IMG/VR virus record: IMGVR_UViG_3300045988_144755
Source: a virus
Length of the DNA stretch: 64,000 nucleotides
Strand: one strand, 5' to 3'
The position numbers and the translations under genes are program-made. Positions 1-8,850 of this stretch are shown in pieces (position 1 is the first letter of the stretch; every line of letters begins with the position of its first letter). Under the pieces are notes generated by a model. The model had not been told where the DNA came from. It did no database searches and saw only the letters and a program-made list of their open reading frames with translations.

Positions 1-363
1 CTTGGCGGGGAATGGGAGTTCTTCTGCGAGCCCGTATCCAATGCGGACATGCGCGCCGAGACCTACGTCAATGATTCGGCCCGGCTGGTCAAGTTCCAGA
101 TGAACATGCACACGCATGACAATTTCAACTGGGATTACAAGGATTTGCAGAAGACTGCGTTCCATGAGGTGTGCGAGGTGCTGCTGTATGATCTGGAGCG
201 GGTTGCCGCTATGGAGGACATCACGGCAGAACAGAAGGAAGCTATGCTGATCCGGGAGCGGCACAAGGTCATCCACCATTTGGAGAAGTTGTTCTATCTG
301 ATGGATGAGACTGACACCATCGACAGTATGCGCAAAAATATCATCACACCGACAGAAGTGTAA
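1..363 (+). CDS. hypothetical protein, 5'-truncated at window edge
   Basis: Frame 1 is open from nt 1; first in-window ATG at 49; stop at 361-363; followed by a GC hairpin. Confidence 0.45.
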   Translation, partial: LGGEWEFFCEPVSNADMRAETYVNDSARLVKFQMNMHTHDNFNWDYKDLQKTAFHEVCEVLLYDLERVAAMEDITAEQKEAMLIRERHKVIHHLEKLFYLMDETDTIDSMRKNIITPTEV

Positions 364-370
364 ACGGAAC

Positions 371-398
371 GGGCCGGAACTGGCGAAGGTTCCGGCCC
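371..398 (+). terminator. Terminator-like hairpin GGGCCGGAAC-N8-GTTCCGGCCC, no T-tract
   Basis: Perfect 10-bp inverted repeat directly after the stop at 363. A GC-rich stem without a U-run, so a weak or factor-dependent terminator. Confidence 0.35.
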
Positions 399-495
399 TA
401 GGAGGAGAGATGTGTGAAGTAAAGATGATGGGAAAAGAAGGTACGAAACTTAGATAAGGCGGGCGGCATGGATTGTCAAGCCCGCATGGGAGGAT

Positions 496-975
496 ATGCA
501 GATGCCGAAAGTGTTTCGCGTGTTTGCCGCATTGATGCTCGCCGCGTTCCTTTGCGTTCCGAACGCGGGCTGCACCAAGGACGAAGTGGCGCTCAACGCC
601 TACAAGACGCTGGAGACGAGTGCCGAGACGTACAAGGCCGTCATGAACGCGGCGCAGGATTTGCACCGCATGGGGAAAATGACGGATGAGCAGTGGAATC
701 AGGTCAAGGATTACGCGGTCGTCTACTTCGATTCGTACCAGACGGCGGTCGCCGCGCTGGTCAAATACGTTGAGGTCACGCAGGGGGTGAAGTCCCCCGG
801 TGCCGAGGACGGGGAATCCAAGCCCTCTGCCGCCGAACAGGAGCAGAAACTTGGCGACATGCTGTCGGGCTGCACCACGACGCTGAACGATCTGCTGGTC
901 AAGGTGCAGGAACAGGATGTCGATGTCGCCAAGGCCAAGAGGGACTACGCGGAGGAATACGAAAATGCCTATTAA
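496..975 (+). CDS. putative lipoprotein (signal peptide + lipobox-like PNAGC)
   Basis: N-terminus MQMPKVFRVFAALMLAAFLCVPNAGC: basic n-region, hydrophobic core, then Cys. GGAGG lies upstream of the ATG. Sits at the head of the lysis-like cluster, so it could be a spanin-like component. Confidence 0.5.
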   Translation: MQMPKVFRVFAALMLAAFLCVPNAGCTKDEVALNAYKTLETSAETYKAVMNAAQDLHRMGKMTDEQWNQVKDYAVVYFDSYQTAVAALVKYVEVTQGVKSPGAEDGESKPSAAEQEQKLGDMLSGCTTTLNDLLVKVQEQDVDVAKAKRDYAEEYENAY

Positions 976-1141
976 TGCCGTGTCTGTTGCCGTCATTATG
1001 GAAGTCATCGGGCTCATCGTCAAACATGGCGTGCCCGCTGTGAAGGCCATGATTGAAACGTGGGAGAAGGATGAGATTACCCTTGAGGATGTCAAGGCCC
1101 TCGCCCACAAGATTGACCACCCGGATACCTACGATGTTTGA
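965..1141 (+). CDS. small protein (58 aa) with N-terminal hydrophobic segment
   Basis: ATG at 965 preceded by GAGGAA; MPINAVSVAVIMEVIGLIV hydrophobic stretch. Overlaps the end of the previous gene. Confidence 0.4.
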   Translation: MPINAVSVAVIMEVIGLIVKHGVPAVKAMIETWEKDEITLEDVKALAHKIDHPDTYDV

Positions 1142-1382
1142 TGATCCCGGCCCGAAGGGGGAACGCGACCCCGACTGGAAGCCGCCGAAGACAGGCTGGT
1201 CTAGGTGGGAGCAGTTGACCGAGTGGGATGTGTATGTGGAGACGGCAAAAAAGTTCTCCGAGATGATGGGCAGGGAGGTCAGCACTGAGGAAGCGAAGGC
1301 GCTCTGCAAAGAGTACGACCGGATATGGAATAAAATGGTGTACGACTTTACCCATATTGACAAACCTTGGGGCATACAGTAG
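1134..1382 (+). CDS. hypothetical protein (82 aa)
   Basis: ATG at 1134 overlaps the upstream stop (ATG/TGA coupling). The longer track ORF from 1053 starts out of context. Confidence 0.45.
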   Translation: MFDDPGPKGERDPDWKPPKTGWSRWEQLTEWDVYVETAKKFSEMMGREVSTEEAKALCKEYDRIWNKMVYDFTHIDKPWGIQ

Positions 1383-1488
1383 CGTCTGGTTGTCTCAGTT
1401 GTTCTTCAGCATCAATGATTGACGGGAGCGTACAGGGTTTTCGGGAAGCCCTGTGTGCTCCCGTCTTTCTTTTTTCCAAGGAGCGGTT

Positions 1489-2082
1489 ATGTCTGAATAT
1501 ACTCGCGAACGTATCGAAGCGGTCATGCGGGCCAAGGGGTACGCCTTCTTTACCGAGGGCGACTACAACCTGAACCTTCTTGCCGTCCGCTCCGGGCGGG
1601 AGGCGACCAACCTGTTTGACGATACGTTCCTTGCCGTCTTCAAGGTGGACGGCGCATGGGAAACCCGTGAGTATGTCTGCACGACCGACCCCGGAACCTA
1701 CTGGCTGCGGAACGGGCTTGAGAAAGGCACGGCGGTGCTCGCCCCCGGACAGTACCGTGGGGCGTTCGCCCTTGGAAAGCACAAGGGCGAGTACGAGGCG
1801 TTGGTGCAGGCGGCCCCGGTGACGGTCTACCGCGACGGGAACAAGGACGATGCGCTGGATTATGTGGCTCCCGAAACGGGGATGTTCGGCATCAATATAC
1901 ATCGGGCCAACCGGAACGGGGTATCCTTCTACGTGGACAAGTGGTCTGCGGGCTGCGTGGTCATTGCGGGCGCGGATGCGTTCGACGACCTGATGGGGCT
2001 GGTGCATAAGTCCTTGGCGATGGGCGTCTATGGGATGCGGTTTACGTTTACGCTTTTTGAAAAGCGGGACTTCAAAATATGA
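1489..2082 (+). CDS. putative peptidoglycan-active enzyme (candidate endolysin) with L,D-transpeptidase (YkuD)-like catalytic motif
   Basis: AAGGAG 5 nt upstream of ATG 1489. Motif GINIHRANRNGVSFYVDKWSAGCVVIAG has His then Cys 17 residues later in an S-x-G-C-[VI] context, as in the YkuD fold. Its stop overlaps the start of the holin-like gene (ATGA). The family assignment is tentative. Confidence 0.45.
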   Translation: MSEYTRERIEAVMRAKGYAFFTEGDYNLNLLAVRSGREATNLFDDTFLAVFKVDGAWETREYVCTTDPGTYWLRNGLEKGTAVLAPGQYRGAFALGKHKGEYEALVQAAPVTVYRDGNKDDALDYVAPETGMFGINIHRANRNGVSFYVDKWSAGCVVIAGADAFDDLMGLVHKSLAMGVYGMRFTFTLFEKRDFKI

Positions 2083-2672
2083 GCGGTGCGTCTTCGGCTA
2101 CGGGTGCGTTCATTGAGCTCCGGGTCTGGGTTACGCATTATGTAGAGCAGCTTATGACCGGAGCCAGCATCAAGGTTTTTTTCGCGTCTGTGCTTACGTT
2201 CTTTACGAACGTGCTCTATGGCGACAAGGTGGTGTTCATGATCTACCTTGCGTTCGCCCTGCTTGATCTCGTGCTCGGCGTTACGAAAGCCATCGTGTAC
2301 GACAGCTTCAACCCCAAGTACCTGTTGTACTGGGTAAAGAAGTTGGGGACGCATATGCTGCTCATCCTCCTGTTGGGGCTCTTGTGCAATGCGTTCTTCC
2401 ACACGTCCGGGATAACGGTTTCGTTTGTGAACTGGATGCTGTTCATTTGCTCCACTACCGAGCTTGCGAGCATCATCTGGAATCTGAAGTCGCTTGGGAT
2501 GCCCGTGCCGCCTGTTGTGGATGTGTTTCTCAAGGCGCTGCGCAAGCGTGCGTCTTCTCATATCGCGCAGTGTTTTGGGGATGATGAGATGCGGCAGGAA
2601 ATCGAAAAGGCATTGCAGCAGTACAAGTCGTGCGACGACTGCTCAGGATGCGGAAGGCATCCGCATGAATGA
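2079..2672 (+). CDS. holin-like membrane protein (3-4 predicted TM helices)
   Basis: ATGA overlap with the upstream hydrolase gene. Multiple hydrophobic helices (VFFASVLTFFTNVLY, MIYLAFALLDLVLGV, HMLLILLLGLLCNAFF, WMLFICSTTELASIIW) and a charged C-terminal tail, typical of a holin. Confidence 0.5.
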   Translation: MSGASSATGAFIELRVWVTHYVEQLMTGASIKVFFASVLTFFTNVLYGDKVVFMIYLAFALLDLVLGVTKAIVYDSFNPKYLLYWVKKLGTHMLLILLLGLLCNAFFHTSGITVSFVNWMLFICSTTELASIIWNLKSLGMPVPPVVDVFLKALRKRASSHIAQCFGDDEMRQEIEKALQQYKSCDDCSGCGRHPHE

Positions 2673-2749
2673 TTGTAATCCTTGAACGATTTTGCTACCG
2701 TTGAATTGGCTGAGTTTTCTAGTAGGAACGCATGTAGGAGTTTTTCATC

Positions 2750-3949
2750 ATGGGTAAGTTTCCAGTCACATACGATGAAAAGCTGAAGCAGCATCGGTTG
2801 ATGGTCGATGGCGAGTTGCTTGTGCCCGGCGTTGTCCCCGTGGATACGACGCAGGGCAAGGGGCCGAACCATCTTCAGGTTGATGCCGATGCTGGCTTGG
2901 CTGTCCGGTCTGAGACGTTCGTCTCGACCGATGACGGCAACCAGCTTGAAGTCGGGCAGGATGGCAAGCTCTTCGTTCGGGAAGTGTCCCCCGATTCGTT
3001 GCTGTCTCAGGACAAGAGCAACCAGCTCTCCGTTACGGACGGCATCTATTACAACGTGGGCGACCATCTGAGCGAGGACGAAAACAACCTTCTGGTTGCG
3101 CGGGACGGCAAGCTCTTCGTCGGCAAGGTGTCCGCCGTCTCTGACGATGAGGGCAACATCTTGCAGCAGGGCACCGACTCCGGCGCGTTGCTGAAGATGG
3201 ACAGCCTTGTCTCGCTCGACCTTGGGAACCGGATCGTCCTCGGTTCGGACAACAAGCTGTCCGCGCCCGTGCAGCTTTCCAAGGAAGAAGGCAACTTCCT
3301 TCGTCTCGGCAACGACCAGATGCTGTACATCAACGGCGCTGACATCGTTTCCAACGAAGCCAAGAACATGCTGGAAGTGTCTTCCAGAGACGGCAAGCTC
3401 TTCGTAAGCCGCGACAATCTGGTTCCCCCGCCCATCGTGGCGGAAGACGAAGGGAACATTATCGTCGCGGGCGGCGACGGCGGTGCCCTTCTGAAGATGG
3501 CGATGCTCGTTTCCCACGAGGAAGAGAACTATCTCATCATTTCGGAAGAGGACAACCGACTTGTCGTGCGCAGCCCGTTGTCCATGCAGGAGGGGAACTA
3601 TCTCCGGCATGGCGAGGACGGCGGCATCTTTGCTGACGGCAACGATTTGTTGTCCAATGAATCCGATAACATCCTTGGCATCTCGAAGGTCGATGGCAAG
3701 ATTTATCTGAGCCACGAAGACTATGTGACCACGGTGTCCAAGGAAAACGGCAATGTCCTTCGCCCCGGTGCGGATGGCGGTGCCCTGCTTCTCATTGAAG
3801 ACCTCATCTCCAAGGACGCCCAGAACAGCATCGTTGAAGGCAGCGACAAGCTCTTGTATGTCCGGGCCGTGTCCAAGGATAAGGGCAATGCAGTCACCCC
3901 CGGTTCCGATTTCGGGAGCTTCTTCCCGGCTGATTTCGGAACCATGTAA
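2750..3949 (+). CDS. tail fibre-like protein built from ~20-aa repeats (S-x-D-x-G-N-x-L-x-x-G-x-D-G-x-L-x-V)
   Basis: GGAG upstream. At least 13 iterations of the motif (e.g. SEDENNLLVARDGKLFV, SDDEGNILQQGTDSGALL, AEDEGNIIVAGGDGGALL). The same motif recurs in the neighbouring fibre gene 3977-5320. Confidence 0.6.
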   Translation: MGKFPVTYDEKLKQHRLMVDGELLVPGVVPVDTTQGKGPNHLQVDADAGLAVRSETFVSTDDGNQLEVGQDGKLFVREVSPDSLLSQDKSNQLSVTDGIYYNVGDHLSEDENNLLVARDGKLFVGKVSAVSDDEGNILQQGTDSGALLKMDSLVSLDLGNRIVLGSDNKLSAPVQLSKEEGNFLRLGNDQMLYINGADIVSNEAKNMLEVSSRDGKLFVSRDNLVPPPIVAEDEGNIIVAGGDGGALLKMAMLVSHEEENYLIISEEDNRLVVRSPLSMQEGNYLRHGEDGGIFADGNDLLSNESDNILGISKVDGKIYLSHEDYVTTVSKENGNVLRPGADGGALLLIEDLISKDAQNSIVEGSDKLLYVRAVSKDKGNAVTPGSDFGSFFPADFGTM

Positions 3950-3976
3950 CCAAAATAAATCACAGGAGTATTTATC

Positions 3977-5320
3977 ATGGCTCGTAAAACGCCGCAGGCC
4001 ATTCAGCAGTACCGTGGTACCACCGAACAGCACGCCACCTACACTGGCCCCATTGGTGAACTCACCGTCGATACCGACAAGAAGGTTGTCGTTGTTCAGG
4101 ATGGCACTACCGCTGGCGGTATCCCGATGGCCCGCGAAGACCGCAAGGTTGCTGGCGATGCGTACATCAAGGTGAACAACGCTGCCGAGGGCACCCTTGC
4201 TGCCGACCTGACCCTTACCGTGGATATGACGCAGGTCGCCGCTGACCTCGTTTCCACCGATGAAAACAACGGCCTGTCCGTAGGCACCGACAACAAGCTG
4301 TTCGCCAAGGCTCCTGATGCCGATCTCATCCTTCGCCCCAACGACAAAATCCTCCATGACGTGGACGGCAAGGTTGCCGCTGACATCTCCGTCAGCTACG
4401 ACCAGCCCTCTGGCGTTCTGAACATCATCGGTCATGACGGTTCCACCGTTGTCGCTACCGCCACTATCCCCTCCAGTACGTCCGCCCTGAAGGGCGTCGA
4501 GCTCGTGGAAGGCAAGCCTTCCGCTGACGGCGAGGAAGTCGAAGGCGACTACCATGTGAGCCTGCGCGTGGCTTATAAGCAGGGTGGTGCCCAGAAGTAT
4601 TCCGATGCCGCTGGCGTGACCTTCACCGCCACCAAGGGCACCGAGAGCGCGGGCGTCGCCATGCCTGAGTTCACCGTGCCTGAAGACGCTACGGATCAGA
4701 AGTACGAAGCCGTGTTCATGGGTCAGGAAGCGGAACAGGCCGTGGCTGCCACTGCCGCCTTCGCGTTCACCGATGGCTCCACCATGCGCCTTGCGGAAGG
4801 TATGCTGTACTTCACCCCGCAGATCGGCATCGAAGCTGGCACCTACCTGCACTTCATCTTCGTGCTGTCTGACGGCACCCTCGCCGACCTGTACATTGAC
4901 GTTACCGACCTCGTGGACGTGTACACCGCCGGACAGGGCATCTCCATTTCCGGCAAGGTGATCTCCGTCAAGCTCGGCGCTGATGGCGGCGTGAAGTTCG
5001 ACGAATCCGGCAACATCGTGGTGGACTTCACCAAGATTGTTTCCACCGATGAAGACAATGCGCTGAAGGAAGGCGCTGACGGCAAGCTCTCTGTGACGGT
5101 CGTGTCCGCTGATGAAGGGAACCTCATCAAGACGGGCTCGGACAAGGGCGCTCTGCTGACCAAGGACGACATCACCGACGCGGTGGAAGAAATCGTGTCC
5201 GGTGTCGTCACCGCCGGAACCATGTGCTCCGAGCTTCGTGCCGAAACCGCTGACAACCAGATTGTCTGCAATGCTGGCAAGATGTACGTCACTTCCGATT
5301 ACGGCACGATGGGCGAGTAA
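3977..5320 (+). CDS. tail fibre protein with Mtd_N-like N-terminal domain
   Basis: N-terminus IQQYRGTTEQHATYTGPIGELTVDTDKKVVVVQDGTTAGGIP closely resembles the N-terminus of the Bordetella phage BPP-1 Mtd receptor-binding protein (VQFRGGTTAQHATFTG..EITVDTDKNTVVVHDGATAGGFP), from memory. Internal STDENNGLSVGTDNKLF and SADEGNLIKTGSDKGALL repeats are shared with 2750-3949. Confidence 0.65.
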   Translation: MARKTPQAIQQYRGTTEQHATYTGPIGELTVDTDKKVVVVQDGTTAGGIPMAREDRKVAGDAYIKVNNAAEGTLAADLTLTVDMTQVAADLVSTDENNGLSVGTDNKLFAKAPDADLILRPNDKILHDVDGKVAADISVSYDQPSGVLNIIGHDGSTVVATATIPSSTSALKGVELVEGKPSADGEEVEGDYHVSLRVAYKQGGAQKYSDAAGVTFTATKGTESAGVAMPEFTVPEDATDQKYEAVFMGQEAEQAVAATAAFAFTDGSTMRLAEGMLYFTPQIGIEAGTYLHFIFVLSDGTLADLYIDVTDLVDVYTAGQGISISGKVISVKLGADGGVKFDESGNIVVDFTKIVSTDEDNALKEGADGKLSVTVVSADEGNLIKTGSDKGALLTKDDITDAVEEIVSGVVTAGTMCSELRAETADNQIVCNAGKMYVTSDYGTMGE

Positions 5321-5361
5321 TATCGCAATCTTATAACCCTTTAAAATAGGGGGATAATATT

Positions 5362-6216
5362 ATGGCTATGGATGGCCTGACTCCTGTGGTTGACATTGGT
5401 GGTAATGGCAATGGCGGTTGGGGTGATTGGGGCGGTGCCCTGATCGGCGGAGCTATTGGTGGTGCCGTTGGTTCCGCATGGGGCGACCGTCGCGGGAACA
5501 ACTGCTGCAATAACGGCGGCGGTTGCTGCAACAATGGCGGGAATACCGCTGCCTTTGGTGAGACGTTCATCATGGACAGCCTGAGCGGTGCCCGGAGCGA
5601 CATCAACTCCATCGGGCGTGACAACCTGATGCAGACCGCGGGCGTCCAGAATGCACTGTGTCAGGGCTTCGGTGGCGTCAACGCCACTGTGGAACGTACC
5701 GCCCTTGGGCAGCAGATTACCTCGGCGCAGGGATTCAGCGGGCTCAACACTGCGATTCTCACCAGTTCCATGCAGGGCCAGCTCGCCGCCAAGGACGCGC
5801 AGCTTTCTGCTCTTGCCGCTACCAATGCGGCTGAGATGCAGGGCCTGCGCAATACTTTCGAGCTGAAGTCCAGCATCGACAATTGCTGCTGCACCACGCA
5901 GCGTTCCATCGACAATCAGGGTTGCCAGACTCGTGAAACCATCCTTGCCGAAGGGTGCGCCACCCGTGGCGCTATCCATCAGGAAGGGGAAGCTACCCGC
6001 GCTCTGATTGCCCAGATTGACCGCGAACGCCTGCTGCGTGAAATGAACGCCAAGGATGCGGAAATCGCGTCCCTCAAGGCGCAGAACTTCAACACTGCGC
6101 TGGCGAACAACAACGCGGCCCAGACTCGTGCGGACATGCAGTCCATGTTGAACACCATCTTGAACCACATGACCTACAAGACTTCTACCACCTCTGGTGG
6201 CGGAACCACTGCCTGA
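5362..6216 (+). CDS. Gly-rich / Cys-doublet-rich hypothetical protein with C-terminal coiled-coil-like region
   Basis: GGGGG RBS. N-terminus GGNGNGGWGDWGGALIGGAIGGAVG, then NNCCNNGGGCCNNGGN, later DNCCCTTQ, CQTRE and EGCATRG. I know of no obvious family. Confidence 0.45.
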   Translation: MAMDGLTPVVDIGGNGNGGWGDWGGALIGGAIGGAVGSAWGDRRGNNCCNNGGGCCNNGGNTAAFGETFIMDSLSGARSDINSIGRDNLMQTAGVQNALCQGFGGVNATVERTALGQQITSAQGFSGLNTAILTSSMQGQLAAKDAQLSALAATNAAEMQGLRNTFELKSSIDNCCCTTQRSIDNQGCQTRETILAEGCATRGAIHQEGEATRALIAQIDRERLLREMNAKDAEIASLKAQNFNTALANNNAAQTRADMQSMLNTILNHMTYKTSTTSGGGTTA

Positions 6217-6287
6217 GTCTCCCGGCGGTAGTATGACAAAGCCCCTCTGGGTCACACCAGAGGGGCGACAATGTAAGGAGAGTCATT

Positions 6288-6983
6288 ATGGCTGGTTTGA
6301 GATTCTTTTTGGGCGGCAAGCCATCTGGCGGCGAGATGGAGAACAGGCAGCACGACCGTTGGTCTGAGCCGAGGAATCATTATGACGATGGTCGGGATAT
6401 GCGACAGCATTATGGGCGGCCTTCTTCTCCGATGGAGAACCGCTTCGATCAACCGGATTATCGGCCCATGCGTGGGTTGTATAATCTTGAGCCGCAGCGT
6501 TCTGATCAGCCGGAACCCCACATGCGCGGGCTGTATAATTACAAGCATCCTGATGGGATGAACCATTACGACCCGCAGCGGCATGGCGGCGCACAGGGCA
6601 ATTTTGTCCCGCTTCCCGAAGATGATGTGCGGTTCCATGAGGAATGGAACAACGAAGGCGGCAACCGTATCGGGTATATCTCCGATGTGCGGAACCACGA
6701 TGGCAGCCATTCCGATGGGGGCCATTTTGAGCGGGGCGTTGCTTCTGTGATGGAGTCGCTTCCTGCGGTGGGCGGCTACGCCAAGATTGTTGAGTCCGTA
6801 CTGAAAGTTCTCCAGAATCCCCCGGCGACGTGGGCGGCGTACTTGAAAAATAAGGACTATGCTGGTATCGCAAAGATGGAAGCGAAAGAGCTTATGTCTG
6901 CGATTGAGAAGCATAAAGCCCCCGCTGACATTCATAAGGAGATTACCCATACCATTGCGGCGTTAATGCGCATGGGCATGTAA
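6288..6983 (+). CDS. His/Arg/Asp-rich low-complexity hypothetical protein
   Basis: AGGAGAG RBS 8 nt upstream. Internal duplicated peptide PMRGLYNLEP / HMRGLYNYKHP, whose DNA carries TGTATAAT twice. Confidence 0.4.
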   Translation: MAGLRFFLGGKPSGGEMENRQHDRWSEPRNHYDDGRDMRQHYGRPSSPMENRFDQPDYRPMRGLYNLEPQRSDQPEPHMRGLYNYKHPDGMNHYDPQRHGGAQGNFVPLPEDDVRFHEEWNNEGGNRIGYISDVRNHDGSHSDGGHFERGVASVMESLPAVGGYAKIVESVLKVLQNPPATWAAYLKNKDYAGIAKMEAKELMSAIEKHKAPADIHKEITHTIAALMRMGM

Positions 6984-7004
6984 GGAACTTGCAAAGGAGC
7001 GAAC

Positions 7005-7565
7005 ATGGCGGCAGGCACTTCAATTTTTCTCCCGGTCATGGAATACAATGGGGATACTTGGCATCTCCAGTATGACCCTGAAAATCCGATGTCGGTACGT
7101 CCCGACTTGGTTGGCGGCAAAATCACCAATATGTCGTGTGCCCCGGTGAAGCTGCCCCGTCAGCATCCTGATAAGCAGTTCTATATGGTGGTCGTCAGCA
7201 TCCTGATGCCCGCCAGCATGGAGCCTTCTGGACGGGCTATCCCTGAAAAGCGTCTGCTCGGTTTCCGGGTGTATGACTATCTTCCGGCAAATCCGTCCAC
7301 CCTTGACGCTTTGAACCTCAATGAGATGGTTTTCTATATTGCAGAACCCCGCCCCGGCAGTGACGCGCAGACGCTTCTGGAAACAGTCCTTGGGCTTAAG
7401 GTGCAGGAACAGCCTGCGGCTGAAGCGGTGAATACGGACTGGACAAAGATGCTCATGCAGCAGGATGCCCCGGAGCCGCAGCCGGAACCAGTGGCCCCGC
7501 AGCAGCGTGCCTATACTGCGCCTCAGCAACATACCATGCAGTTGTCTGACGGAACGGTGAGGTAA
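7005..7565 (+). CDS. hypothetical protein
   Basis: AAGGAG RBS; Pro/Gln-rich C-terminus. Confidence 0.45.
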   Translation: MAAGTSIFLPVMEYNGDTWHLQYDPENPMSVRPDLVGGKITNMSCAPVKLPRQHPDKQFYMVVVSILMPASMEPSGRAIPEKRLLGFRVYDYLPANPSTLDALNLNEMVFYIAEPRPGSDAQTLLETVLGLKVQEQPAAEAVNTDWTKMLMQQDAPEPQPEPVAPQQRAYTAPQQHTMQLSDGTVR

Positions 7566-7570
7566 ACCTT

Positions 7571-7828
7571 ATGTCGCATGATCCTATTTATGATAAGGTA
7601 CTTGAGCGCGTTGTTACCAATGCGGAACATCTGATTTCCGTTCATGACAATGCGCAAGGGCTGCTGAATGTGGCGATGCGTGGGGCTATGCCGTGGGCTA
7701 CCCCTTTGGTTATGAAGGGTGTTCTGCCTTCTGTGGATAAGTTGGAAGTGCTGTGTACACAGCTTCTGGCGATTGTTATGAGAAGTGACCCTTCGGTTAT
7801 GCAGGCCGAGGAAAAGAATACTAAGTAG
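7571..7828 (+). CDS. hypothetical protein (85 aa)
   Basis: GAGG RBS; tightly packed between neighbouring genes. Confidence 0.4.
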   Translation: MSHDPIYDKVLERVVTNAEHLISVHDNAQGLLNVAMRGAMPWATPLVMKGVLPSVDKLEVLCTQLLAIVMRSDPSVMQAEEKNTK

Positions 7829-7837
7829 GGGGAATTT

Positions 7838-8827
7838 ATGCCTCGCAAAATTCCTAAGCCAGTACAGCAGTTTCGCGGGACGACTGCGCAGCACGCTACC
7901 TATACTGGCCCAGAGGGTGAAATCACCGTTGATACCACAAAGCACACGGCAGTTGTGCATGATGGGCAGACGGCTGGCGGCTTCCCTTTGATGCGGGAGC
8001 ATGACATTGTCGATGATGTGCAGATTACGGCATCTGTCGGCACTGCTGAGGCTATTTGGAATGTGTCTGTCGCTGTCGCTGATGGTGACGGTAGTTGGAC
8101 TGCTCCTTTGGCCTTGAGCATCCAAGGCAAAGTTAATACGCCCATTGCAAGGGTCGTGAACGCGCAGCCCGGTGCTGACCATCTTGGAGGCGTGCGGGTT
8201 GTCTACAAGGGGGAAACGCAGCAGGCACAGACTGGTTTCTCTCAGACTGGCGGGACGGCAAATTTCTCGTTCACTGACGGGACTACTTGTGCGGTGGTTG
8301 CTGCGGCTGAATCTGATGGGAAACAGGCTATCACGTTTACGTTCACGTTTGCCGCTACTGCCAGTGGGCCGTTCCTGTGTGTTTCTGGCGTGCGCAAGAA
8401 TGTGGCCTATGAAGTTGCCGATCCGCTCCTGTCTCAAGACCCGATGAACGCCCTTACCGCTGGCACTGACGGTAAGATTATGCTCGACGGTTCTGGTCTG
8501 GACAAGAGCTATCTTCCGCTGTATTTTCCCTTTGAAAGTGATGAAATAGTGCCGGAAATCCATACGTTCTTCCCTGACCATTGCAGGGTCATTCTGGTGG
8601 ATGGCCTTCAGTCTGATGGAACGAGCGTGGATGCTCTGGGCATCACGGTTCAGCTCGATGGGGACAGTGAGGGCACCTCGGCTGTGACGCTCAAGAATGG
8701 GCAGATTGACAGCGATGGCGCTTTTGCGGGAAAGGCTGTAGTCATTCGGTGTTCTGGGCGTACTACGGAGACGTGGGTTTCTGCGTTGCTTCGTCTGACC
8801 CCCACAATGCTGGCGTCCGATTTATAG
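7838..8827 (+). CDS. tail fibre protein paralog with Mtd_N-like N-terminal domain
   Basis: N-terminus VQQFRGTTAQHATYTGPEGEITVDTTKHTAVVHDGQTAGGFPLMREHD is nearly motif-identical to the BPP-1 Mtd N-terminus and paralogous to 3977-5320. The C-terminal part is unrelated to the paralog. Confidence 0.65.
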   Translation: MPRKIPKPVQQFRGTTAQHATYTGPEGEITVDTTKHTAVVHDGQTAGGFPLMREHDIVDDVQITASVGTAEAIWNVSVAVADGDGSWTAPLALSIQGKVNTPIARVVNAQPGADHLGGVRVVYKGETQQAQTGFSQTGGTANFSFTDGTTCAVVAAAESDGKQAITFTFTFAATASGPFLCVSGVRKNVAYEVADPLLSQDPMNALTAGTDGKIMLDGSGLDKSYLPLYFPFESDEIVPEIHTFFPDHCRVILVDGLQSDGTSVDALGITVQLDGDSEGTSAVTLKNGQIDSDGAFAGKAVVIRCSGRTTETWVSALLRLTPTMLASDL

Positions 8828-8850
8828 CATTCACGCACGATAAGTTTGTA

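Noticed and set aside
1489-2082. Amidase_2 (T7 lysozyme-like) or M15 peptidase assignment for the endolysin candidate
   Set aside because: A S-x-G-C-V segment resembles the NSIGVCLVG stretch of T7 lysozyme. However, the N-terminal His ligand and the H-x(n)-C Zn-binding site are absent. There are no SxHxxGxAxD or DxxH motifs of M15. The His-Cys spacing fits the YkuD fold better.
899-8581. Long antisense ORFs in the first 8.6 kb (e.g. 2558-4852 - 764 aa, 5341-6255 -, 6252-6950 -, 7523-8581 -)
   Set aside because: These are shadow ORFs typical of high-GC DNA. They lie opposite well-supported, RBS-bearing, translationally coupled sense genes, have no RBS of their own, and have Arg/Gly/His-rich odd composition.
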